Part shown: one piece after another, positions 55,737-64,000 of the stretch
How the letters are laid out: each line of letters opens with the position of its first letter
Numbering within the stretch: the stretch's first letter is position 1
Source: Sedimentisphaerales bacterium
Lineage (GTDB): Bacteria; Planctomycetota; Phycisphaerae; Sedimentisphaerales; Anaerobacaceae
DNA length: 64,000 bases
Reading direction: 5' to 3'
Assembly: GCA_963708075.1 (NCBI GenBank)
Contig: OY970194.1
Coordinates: 4,256,001 to 4,320,000 of the forward strand
Position numbers and translations under genes: made by a program
The notes under the pieces: generated by a model
The model's input: only the letters and a program-made list of their open reading frames with translations
What the model was told of the DNA's origin: nothing
The model's database searches: none

Positions 55737-56115
55737 CTCTCAGCCTTTCACACGGATTACGTTCAATCCTTTTGCACCACCTGCCGTCCTGACCGCGTCC
55801 TCCGCGAACGGCAGGCCCGATAAAGCGGCAGCAAGGGCGCGTCCGAGAATTCTACAGTAACCGATTCATCGGTACGGGGCAACCACGGGGAGAGATTGCC
55901 ACAGCGCCGACGGCCGGCAATCCATGCTCAACGACAGCGTTTTTCCTCACAGGCACCTTTGTCAGCGGCCGATTCATACCGTATGGTTTAATAGTCGGTG
56001 CCGGTGACACGAAGCGCATCGGGCCGGCAGTCCTCTGGTGGGGAATCGGGTTCGTTCGGGCAGGGTATCGGACCCTTGACGATCGGTTAACCTGGACGTG
56101 GGCAAGGGGGTTGTT

Positions 56116-56976
56116 ATGAGTGAAATCGTGATCCTGCAGGGTGAAGAGTCTCGTACGGTGCTTGCGTCGGTGGTCGAGCAGCAGTCGCCGGCAATCATGT
56201 CCTATCTCTCCAAGGACAAGTGGCACGTCGCCAAGGTGGTCCTGAAATCGCTGGAGGACGGCAAACTGCACATCGAAGGCTGCCACGCGACGGGCAAGCC
56301 GCACCCGATCAATATCCAGATCAACCAGCCGGTTGGCCTGAACTTCAAGCATGCCTACGGCAAGTTCATCTTCGACACGGTCGTCATCGGCCTCGAGCCG
56401 TCCCTCGATCCTAATTCCGGAGGCATGATCGTCCTCAAGTCCCCGGAGCGGATCGGCGTCGTGCAACGACGAAGCTATTTCCGCGTCAATGTCCCCGAAT
56501 CGCTCAAGGTCAGTGTCGTGATCTGGCACCGGTCGGGCAGCCAGCAGGTGAAAGAGCCGATGCACAACTACTATGAGGGCCGGCTCATGGACATCTCCGC
56601 CGGCGGCGCACAGATCATCGTGCCGGCCAAGAGCGGCAAAGTGGAAGGCGCGCCGGGCGGCGGCGTGTTCGACTTCCACAAGGGCCAGTTCATCGGCGTA
56701 CGATTCACGCCCCTGCCGTTCGAGACGCCCCTGGTCTTCAACGCCCAGATTCGCAACATCCTCCCGACGGCGGACCACAGCGCCCTGTGCCTGGGCCTGC
56801 AGATCGTGGGCCTCGAGGCCAGCGAGGAGGGCCGGCAAATCCTGTCGCGCATCGCCAATGTCGTGGAACGCTACTACGACATCAACCAGGCCAGCGGCAA
56901 GCACCAGGGTGAGCAGATGACCGTCCCGGCAGGCCAGCAGCCGTTCAACGTGCCCGCCGAGGCGTTCCAGGACTGA
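56116..56976 (+). CDS. PilZ/YcgR-like c-di-GMP-binding flagellar brake protein
   Basis: QRRSYFRV (RxxxR) and DISAGG (DxSxGG). Confidence 0.85.
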   Translation: MSEIVILQGEESRTVLASVVEQQSPAIMSYLSKDKWHVAKVVLKSLEDGKLHIEGCHATGKPHPINIQINQPVGLNFKHAYGKFIFDTVVIGLEPSLDPNSGGMIVLKSPERIGVVQRRSYFRVNVPESLKVSVVIWHRSGSQQVKEPMHNYYEGRLMDISAGGAQIIVPAKSGKVEGAPGGGVFDFHKGQFIGVRFTPLPFETPLVFNAQIRNILPTADHSALCLGLQIVGLEASEEGRQILSRIANVVERYYDINQASGKHQGEQMTVPAGQQPFNVPAEAFQD

Positions 56977-57420
56977 CACACGCTCCGGTGCCCAACGTGA
57001 ATCGGCGTACGTGTTTAGCGAGAAAGCCCCACTATGCCGGGTGGCGCCGCCAGCCTTGTTTGACGGTGCTGATTCGATCAGGTCCGACCATCCGGCACTC
57101 CATGGGCCAACAAGTCTGCCCGTGCCACCACTTGTTCTGGCTCCAGTCGATCAGCACCTTGCGCTCGACCATCACGGTTTCCTCGTTGGCCATGGGTATC
57201 CCTCCGCCAATGCCCGGATGCATTTCGCCACGTTGCCCGCGCGCGGACCGTGGGTTGTCTCGCTGCGTTGCTCTGCGGCATTCACGTCAAGGTTGCTGTG
57301 CCTGTGCCGAGAGAGCGAATGCAGCGAATCCGCCCGCCGCGAGGCCGGTTGCCCTCTCCCTCGAACCATGACCATCGCCTGAGAGCGGCGCAACCGGCCG
57401 GAAGGTCTCCGACGATCATA

Positions 57421-58101
57421 TCACTCAGTGCGTGCTGTCGTCGCTGCCACCGGCGTCCTGCCGGCCTGAGCCGCCGCCACCTGGTCGATCTCCTGCACGA
57501 ACGCACTGATCTGCTGCTTGAGATTCTGGGCGCCCTGGCGTGCCGCGTCGATCGCAGGTCTCACGGAATCGATGCCCGCCGGTGTCAGATCAAGCGACAG
57601 AGTCGCCTGAATGTCCCGCAATTGCGTCAGGAACGGATCGTAAGCCGTGTTCATGGCGCGGGCCGCATCACGCAACCGATCGTAATTCTCACGGACCGCC
57701 TGACGTCGCCCGGTCGCTTGAGCCTGAAGCTCCGGGGTAGAGACTGTGTCCACTTCTGTCTCCCAGGCGGTAATGTAGTCGCGCCAATGCTCTCGCATCC
57801 GGTCGGCTCGGTCCTGAGCCTCCTGCGCCTGCTTGCTCGTCTCCTTCACCTCGGCGGTGTACACTTTGTACGCATCCGGCAGCGCCGCAGGGGATGAGGC
57901 AAGCCGGTCCAGAGCAACCATCGCTTCATCCACCTGCTGATCCGCCTTCACCAGCTCCGTTCGCGTTCGCTCCATCGAAGTCACTGCGCGAGTGGCCTTC
58001 TTCGCCTGGGCATGCTCCCCAGTCGTTTTACATCCGGCCAACAGCATGATCGCGCACAGCATGCTCCCGACCGACCACCAATGAATTCTCATCCGTGTCA
58101 T
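57421..58101 (-). CDS. Coiled-coil lipoprotein (DUF2959-like)
   Basis: Lipobox LLAGC; helical body ...WETE...PFLTQLRDIQ..LSLDLTPAGI. Confidence 0.7.
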   Translation of the reverse strand: MTRMRIHWWSVGSMLCAIMLLAGCKTTGEHAQAKKATRAVTSMERTRTELVKADQQVDEAMVALDRLASSPAALPDAYKVYTAEVKETSKQAQEAQDRADRMREHWRDYITAWETEVDTVSTPELQAQATGRRQAVRENYDRLRDAARAMNTAYDPFLTQLRDIQATLSLDLTPAGIDSVRPAIDAARQGAQNLKQQISAFVQEIDQVAAAQAGRTPVAATTARTE

Positions 58102-58129
58102 AACTGATCTCCTTATCCTTGTTTCACTT

Positions 58130-58720
58130 TCATGATCTGGCCCGGGCACGGGCCAGGCTTTCCTCCAGTGTAGTGACCAGGTCTTGTCCCCCCTCCTGCT
58201 CGACGGCCTGCTCCTCCGCCGCTTCCGGCGCGGCCACCTCGACCGTGCCCTGCTGCTTCGCCTTCTCCTGCAGGTACCCGAGGACCCGCTCGCGATGTTC
58301 ATCGACGTATTTGGCAGGGTCGTAGTCACCCCTGAGCTGTTGAATGGCGGCGGTGGTCGCTCCTACTCTGGCGGCTTGCGGCCTGGCCTCTTTCGGTCGG
58401 ATCTCGTCCGTATCCGCCACCTCCTCGGGAAAGTGCAGCATCATCAGGCTCAGGACATCGTTTTGTGCCCACAGCGCAACCAGGTGCTCCCTGTCGTGCA
58501 GTACGAATTTCGCCAGGCCGGCCTTGTGCGTCTCCTGCATCACCTCGACCAGGAGCTGGTAGGACCGCTCGCCGCCCTCACGGGGCACGACGTAGTAGGG
58601 CCGGTCGTCATCGTGCAGCAGGTGCGAATGAGGACGTACGTCCTTCACGGCCGTGTAGAGCTTCACGGGCACGCTCACCGGCCCGAACTGTATGAATGCT
58701 TTCCAGATCGCACGCGTCAT
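58130..58720 (-). CDS. ku: Ku (NHEJ) homolog with an internal in-frame deletion
   Basis: RAIWK..I.FGPVSVPVKLYTAV, DRPYYV.P, Y.LL.E.M, Y.DE.RE, DL...LEESL; the segment between HLLH and DRPYY is missing. Confidence 0.8.
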   Translation of the reverse strand: MTRAIWKAFIQFGPVSVPVKLYTAVKDVRPHSHLLHDDDRPYYVVPREGGERSYQLLVEVMQETHKAGLAKFVLHDREHLVALWAQNDVLSLMMLHFPEEVADTDEIRPKEARPQAARVGATTAAIQQLRGDYDPAKYVDEHRERVLGYLQEKAKQQGTVEVAAPEAAEEQAVEQEGGQDLVTTLEESLARARARS

Positions 58721-59019
58721 ATCCTCATTATTCACCATCCGCGAGCGGCAGGATCGTAAGGATTCTCCGGCGATTGCCGGGACGAGAGGCTTACGCGCGT
58801 GCAAGGTTATGGATTACAGCCTCCTCGTCCAAACCCCCGTCTGCCATTGACTTTGATCCTGCCGAGCCCAATAGATTTGCTCAGGGCGACAAGAAAGGGC
58901 TGTTCGGCCGCGACCCTGTCGTGCACCCCGGAAAAATGCACGCGCGGCCTGCCGCAAGACGTATAATCCATGTACTTGAACCGAAAAAGGACCGGTGGTT
59001 TGAACTCTGGACGTGGGCA

Positions 59020-59487
59020 ATGGCGGCAAGATGCATCGGCGTCATCTCGGATACGCACGGGCTGCTCAGGGAGCAGGTCAGGGCCCGGCTGCGCGGCTGC
59101 CACCTGATCATCCACGCGGGCGACGTGGATAGCCCCTCGGTCCTGACGGGCCTGAGGGAGATCGCCCCGGTGGTCGCCGTGCGGGGGAACATGGATAAGG
59201 CAGGCTGGGCAAGACAGTTGCAGGAGTTGGAATACTTTGATATTGACGGCACCGGCATCTGCGTAATCCACGACCGCAGCGAGCTCGATGCTCGGGCGCT
59301 GCCGACGGGGACGCGCATCGTCATCTACGGCCACTCCCACAAGCCGCACGTGGAGTACATCGACGGCGTCCTGTACCTCAACCCCGGCAGCGCCGGCCCC
59401 AGGCGATTCCACCTGCCCATCAGCATGGCCCTGCTGCACGTGGAGCCGGATGGAATCCGTCCGGAATTGATCGAGATCCCCATTTAG
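59020..59487 (+). CDS. YfcE/MJ0936-type metallophosphoesterase
   Basis: ISDTHG, HAGD, VRGNMD, GHSHKP, LNPGSAG. Confidence 0.88.
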   Translation: MAARCIGVISDTHGLLREQVRARLRGCHLIIHAGDVDSPSVLTGLREIAPVVAVRGNMDKAGWARQLQELEYFDIDGTGICVIHDRSELDARALPTGTRIVIYGHSHKPHVEYIDGVLYLNPGSAGPRRFHLPISMALLHVEPDGIRPELIEIPI

Positions 59488-59763
59488 AGACTATCTCAAG
59501 ACGGTGAATGTCATTGCGAGTCGCCGGGCCGCTGCGCGGCTGGTGTCGGGAAGAAACCAAGCTACGAGTCTGGGTGCCATGCTTACGCTCGCGTAAGCAT
59601 GCCTTGCCCATCGAGTGGAACATGTCTACGCAAGCGTAGACATGGCACCCGGCCAGTTAGTTTCTTGGGAGCAGCGCAGCGACGAAGCAGTCTCAATCCC
59701 AGAGATGGAAGATTGCTTCGCTGCGCTCGCAATGACAAGCCTGAGCAGGTTCTGAGGTAGTCT
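59488..59763. repeat. Nested inverted-repeat composite including copy 3 of the GGTGCC element
   Basis: Outer agactatctca/tgaggtagtct, middle tgtcattgcgag/ctcgcaatgaca, inner gggtgccatg/catggcaccc. Confidence 0.75.
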
Positions 59764-59789
59764 TTCAGACTCTTCGTTCACCAAGTCCG

Positions 59790-60200
59790 TCAATCGCGGC
59801 TGGGGGTGACGATTTCGGGGCTCAGGTAGGTTCCACCGTGGGAAACCGCGTCGACGGCGTGGACCAGCTCGTCCAGGTCACCGCCCTTGAGCACGTAGGC
59901 GGAGGCGCCGGCCTTGAGCATCCGGGTCGCGAATGCCTTGGAGGTATGGACGGAAAGGCCGATGACCTGCGTGTGGGGGCAGTCGTGCATGATCTGCCGG
60001 GTCGCATCGATGCCGTTGACCAGGGGCATGACGACGTCCATGATTACAATGTCAGGATTCAGGGTCTTCGCCATTTCGACGGCAAGGCCCCCGTCCCCCG
60101 CCTCGCCCACCACCTCCATCCCACCGTCGGCCTGCAGAGCCCGGATGAGGCTTCGCCGCAACGCCACATGGTCATCAGCGATCAATACGCGCACAGCCAT
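59790..60200 (-). CDS. Stand-alone NarL-type receiver domain protein
   Basis: VLIADDH, IMDVVMP..NGIDA, GASAYVLK, YLSPEI; ends before any HTH. Confidence 0.88.
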   Translation of the reverse strand: MAVRVLIADDHVALRRSLIRALQADGGMEVVGEAGDGGLAVEMAKTLNPDIVIMDVVMPLVNGIDATRQIMHDCPHTQVIGLSVHTSKAFATRMLKAGASAYVLKGGDLDELVHAVDAVSHGGTYLSPEIVTPSRD

Positions 60201-60637
60201 AGCTCCAGCACTCCCATGACTGCCTTCCCTGGCGAACGGTATCATGCAGGTGTCCCACACCTGGGCAAAGACGCTTGACATACGCTGCCAGCGTCACTAT
60301 CTATCTACTTATGCATCAATACGGATGATCAGGGTAGATGGTGCATACAGGGATTTCCTTAAAAATGTCCTCCCGAATCCCTCAGTAGCATGGAGCAGCC
60401 CCCCGGAGGGGCACTTGTCACTGTGCAAAGGCGGTCGGTGCACTCGATGCATCCTTGGGAAGTCGCATCATGGCCAGCAACTCGGATCGTAAGACGGCTG
60501 ACGATTCACGCCAGCCACAGCGTAAATCGAAGCCCCGGCGTCCCCAAGTCCCTCCATCGCCACTCGATGGCAGGACCGCGAAGCGGCGAGCCGGTCCCCA
60601 AGACGTACCTGCGGATAGCCGTCTGCATAGCAAAGTC

Positions 60638-63600
60638 GTGAACGCTTCTTCGCAGCCGGACAAGAAGAGGAAAAGCGGCCTGAAGATAGTCGGAGACGTG
60701 ACTTGGGGCTCTCACTTCTGCCAGTTTTATGAGACCAAAGAGGACCTGCTGGATGTCCTGGTGCCTTACTTTCGCGCAGGGCTGGAGGCCAACGAGTTCT
60801 GCATGTGGGTGACCTCCGAGCCGCTGTCCGCGGAGGAGGCCAAAGCCGCGTTGGGGGCGGTCGTGCCGGACCTCAAGAAACGGATTGCGGGGGGACAGAT
60901 GGAAATCCTCGATTACCGGCAATGGTACGTGCTCAACGGCAAGTTCAATGCAGACAGGGTGTTACAAGGCTGGGTGGACAGGCTGGAGGCCGCCCTGAAG
61001 CGGGGGTTCGAGGGCTTGCGCCTGACCGGCAGCACGTTCTGGCTGGAAAAAAGTCTCTGGAAAAACTTCTCGGACTATGAGGCCGCGGTGGACAGTGTCA
61101 TCGGCAAGTACCGCATGCTTGCCCTGTGCACGTACTCGCTCTCGAAATGCGGGGCATTCGAGGTGATGGACGTAGTGCGTAACCATCAATTCGCCCTTAT
61201 CCGGCAGGGCAAGCGGTGGGAAATGCTCCAGAGCATGCAGCGGGCGGCGGCTGAATCCGCCCTACGGGAAGTAAACGAGCGTCTCCGGACCCAGTCCGAG
61301 CAGTTGCAGGCCGCCAACGAGGAACTCGACGCACAAGCCGAGGAACTGGCCGCACAGACAGAGGGACTGCGCACGGCCAACGAGGAACTCGCTGCCCGGG
61401 CCGAGGAGTTGCGGGCCGCCAACGAGGAGCTCCAGGCTCAGCAGGAGGAGTTGCAGAGCCAGGCGGAGGAACTGCTGGAAGCTGAGCAGGCTCTGCGCCA
61501 GATGAACGAGGAATTGGAGCATCGGGTCGCTGCGCGTACGGCGGACGTCTCGAAAGCCCACGAGACGGTTAGGGCCGAGCGGCAACGATTCAATGATGTC
61601 CTGGAGACACTGCCGGCTTATCTCGTGCTTCTGACGCCGGACTACCATGTGCCCTTTGCCAACCGATTCTTCCGAGAGCGGTTCGGCGAGTCCCACGGCC
61701 AACGATGCTTCGAGTACCTGTTCCATCGCACCGAGCCCTGTGAGATCTGCGACACATACAAGGTTCTGAAGACGAATGCGCCGCATCGTTGGGAGTGGAC
61801 GGGCCCGGACGGCCGCACCTACGATGTCTATGACTTCCCCTTCACCGACACCGACGGCTCACCCCTCATCATGGAGATGGGCATCGACATCACCGAGGGA
61901 AAGCGCGCCGAAGCGGAGCGTCGCACGGCCGAACGGCTCAAGCTGCTGTCCGATACGGCGGCGAACCTGCTGGCGGCGGAGGATCCGCAGGCCGTCATCG
62001 ATGATCTGTGCCGCAGGGTGACGGAGTACCTGGATTGCCAGGCGTTCTTCAACTTCCTGGTGGACGAACGGACGGGCCGGCTGCGGCTGAACGCCTGTGC
62101 GGGAATCCCGGAAAAAGAGCGCAAGAAGATCGAGTGGCTGGATTCCGACGCGACGGTCCGCGGCTGTGTCGCCCGCGACGGCAAACGAATCATCGCCGAG
62201 CACATCCCCGACAGTGACGATGAGCGAACCGCCCTCGTGAAATCCTATGGGATCAAGGCCTATGCGTGCCATCCCATCCTGGCGGGCGCCAGGGTGCTCG
62301 GGACGTTGTCATTCGGCACAAAGACGCGGGAGACCTTCGCGGAGGATGAGATCGATTTGATGAAGACAGTGACGGATCTGGTGGCGATCGCCGTTCAGCG
62401 ACAGCAGGTGCAGCAAGCCCTGCGCGAGAGCGAGCAGCGCTATCGGAGTCTGTTCGAGCGGATGAACGAAGGGTTCGGCCTGCACGAAATCGTCTGTGAT
62501 GACGAGGGCCGGCCGTGCGACTTCCGCTTCCTCGATGTCAATCCGGCCTTTGAGCAGCTCACCGGGCTCAAGCGAGAGAACATAGTGGGCCGGCTGATCA
62601 GCGAGATCCTTCCCAATGTCGAGCCGTACTGGGTCCAGACCTTCGGCCAAGTCGTCCTCACCGGCGAGCCGGCCCATCTGGAGCAGTATTCGGCGCCGCT
62701 GCAGCGATACTACGACGCGTACGCTTACCGGCCCGCGCCGGGGCAGTTCGCCGTCGTGTTCATGGATGTCACGCAGCGCCGGCATATGGACACGGAGCTG
62801 CGCCGGTTGAATGAGGCGTTGGAGGAGAAAGTGGCCGAGCGGACCCTGCAATTGACGACGACGGTGGACCGGCTGCAGGATGAGGTGGCCCGCCGTGTCC
62901 TGGCGGAGGGCAAGCTGCGAAAGCACTCGCAGATGCTCGAGGGCTTCTTCCAGCACACTATCACGCCACTGGCCTTCCTCGACCGCCGCTTCAACTTCGT
63001 GCGGGTCAACGAGGCCTATGCGCGGGCCGACGGCAAGGACCCGCAGCACTTCGTCGGCAAGAACCACTTCGAGCTCTACCCGCATGAGGAGAACCAGGCG
63101 ATCTTCGAGCGGGTGGTGCGGACGAAGCAGCCATACCGGACCTTTGCCAGGCCGTTCATCTATCCCTACGCCCCCGAACGAGGCACCACCTACTGGAACT
63201 GGCAGTTGACCCCTCTGCTGAACAGTGCGGGCGAGGTGCAGTCGCTCGTGCTCAACCTCGAGGATGTCACGGAACAGCAGAAAGCGTACCAGGAGCTGGA
63301 GCATCGAACCCGCCAGCTTCAGCACCTGGCGATGGAGCTGTCGCAGGCGGAGGACCGCGAGCGCAAGCGCCTGGCGGAAATCCTGCACGACGACCTGCAG
63401 CAGATCCTGGCGGCGGCAAAATTCCACCTTGGGATCCTGAGCGGCCGGATCAAAGGCGACGAATCCGCGCGAGAGCTGACCGGCCAGCTCAACGAGATGC
63501 TCAAGGATGCGATCGACACGTCCCGCAGCCTGTCGCATGAGCTGAGCCCCGCGGTGCTCTACCAGGGCGACCTGGGCGAGACGTTCGAATGGCTGGCCCA

Positions 63601-64000
63601 GGAGCTTCAGGCGAAGCATGGCCTGATGGTGCACGTGGAGGCGCACGGGCGCGTGGATTCACCATCCGAGGCGTTGAAGCCCTTCCTCTATCGAACTGCC
63701 CAGGAGATGCTCTTCAACGTCGTCAAGCACGCCAGGGTCCACGAGGCGAGGCTGCGAATCAAACGCACGCGCGGGCAGTTGCGGCTGACCATCTCCGATC
63801 AGGGCAAGGGCTTCGATCCCAAGACCCTCGGCAGGACCGCCGGATTTGGATTGCTGAGCATCCGGGAGCGCGTCGAGCTGCTCGGTGGGCGGATGAAAAT
63901 CTGGAGCGCCCCCAACCGAGGCAGCACGTTCCTCATTGCTGTGCCCGACCCGCAGGAAGCGGAACTGGCGGAGGCACAGGTTGTGCAAACCGATTCGCGC
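60638..64000 (+). CDS. Sensor histidine kinase (MEDS, coiled coil, PAS, GAF, PAS, PAS, HisKA_3, HATPase); runs off the window
   Basis: Missing from the ORF track because there is no stop. Own translation gives GDVTWGSHFCQFYETKEDL...ERKRLAEILHDDLQQ...QEMLFNVVKHA...DQGKGFD...GFGL; the start and the H-box are in the same frame. Confidence 0.9.
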   Translation, partial: MNASSQPDKKRKSGLKIVGDVTWGSHFCQFYETKEDLLDVLVPYFRAGLEANEFCMWVTSEPLSAEEAKAALGAVVPDLKKRIAGGQMEILDYRQWYVLNGKFNADRVLQGWVDRLEAALKRGFEGLRLTGSTFWLEKSLWKNFSDYEAAVDSVIGKYRMLALCTYSLSKCGAFEVMDVVRNHQFALIRQGKRWEMLQSMQRAAAESALREVNERLRTQSEQLQAANEELDAQAEELAAQTEGLRTANEELAARAEELRAANEELQAQQEELQSQAEELLEAEQALRQMNEELEHRVAARTADVSKAHETVRAERQRFNDVLETLPAYLVLLTPDYHVPFANRFFRERFGESHGQRCFEYLFHRTEPCEICDTYKVLKTNAPHRWEWTGPDGRTYDVYDFPFTDTDGSPLIMEMGIDITEGKRAEAERRTAERLKLLSDTAANLLAAEDPQAVIDDLCRRVTEYLDCQAFFNFLVDERTGRLRLNACAGIPEKERKKIEWLDSDATVRGCVARDGKRIIAEHIPDSDDERTALVKSYGIKAYACHPILAGARVLGTLSFGTKTRETFAEDEIDLMKTVTDLVAIAVQRQQVQQALRESEQRYRSLFERMNEGFGLHEIVCDDEGRPCDFRFLDVNPAFEQLTGLKRENIVGRLISEILPNVEPYWVQTFGQVVLTGEPAHLEQYSAPLQRYYDAYAYRPAPGQFAVVFMDVTQRRHMDTELRRLNEALEEKVAERTLQLTTTVDRLQDEVARRVLAEGKLRKHSQMLEGFFQHTITPLAFLDRRFNFVRVNEAYARADGKDPQHFVGKNHFELYPHEENQAIFERVVRTKQPYRTFARPFIYPYAPERGTTYWNWQLTPLLNSAGEVQSLVLNLEDVTEQQKAYQELEHRTRQLQHLAMELSQAEDRERKRLAEILHDDLQQILAAAKFHLGILSGRIKGDESARELTGQLNEMLKDAIDTSRSLSHELSPAVLYQGDLGETFEWLAQELQAKHGLMVHVEAHGRVDSPSEALKPFLYRTAQEMLFNVVKHARVHEARLRIKRTRGQLRLTISDQGKGFDPKTLGRTAGFGLLSIRERVELLGGRMKIWSAPNRGSTFLIAVPDPQEAELAEAQVVQTDSR

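Noticed and set aside
56977..57420. Small ORFs between the PilZ and lipoprotein genes
   Set aside because: No recognisable domain, and they overlap a GGTGGCA-type REP (~57103-57130).
46556..63646. Long antisense ORFs (e.g. 46556..48013, 55852..56979, 62309..63646)
   Set aside because: Shadows of high-GC codon bias on the real strand; no recognisable motifs.

Overview
GC-rich bacterial chromosome segment. Gene content suggests Planctomycetota, probably Phycisphaerae/Sedimentisphaerales (inference, not a database result). Layout: chemotaxis cluster cheA-cheR-cheD-cheB (1-4.6 kb); a tandem array of four ~1100-aa paralogous secreted carbohydrate-binding-type proteins (5.8-20.2 kb), with two more family members at 26.5-29.2 and 51.8-54.8 kb; two beta-propeller/CxxCH proteins (20.8-26.2 kb); a small defence-like island (29.2-35.5 kb: HNH-AP2 nuclease, AT-richer metallophosphoesterase-STAND NTPase, type IIG R-M remnant, TA pair); housekeeping genes (ogt, pheA, tpiA, secG, yicC, gmk, rpoZ, coaC, coaB, ald, pyrE, purB); then a KimA-like permease, M50 protease, PilZ protein, an internally deleted Ku and a MEDS/PAS/GAF histidine kinase that runs off the end. 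The best candidate for an undescribed system is the paralog array. It shows segment-wise mosaicism, swapped N-terminal modules preceded by dead ancestral signal-peptide fossils, and a conserved ~80-nt leader with a covarying hairpin and an invariant GTCGC-N3-GCGAC palindrome before each gene. Intergenic DNA is dense in REP/MITE/heptamer repeats, some embedded in frame in genes. Many single-base frameshifts look like long-read errors, and several fall on GAGAC(C). No rRNA, tRNA or CRISPR array was seen.
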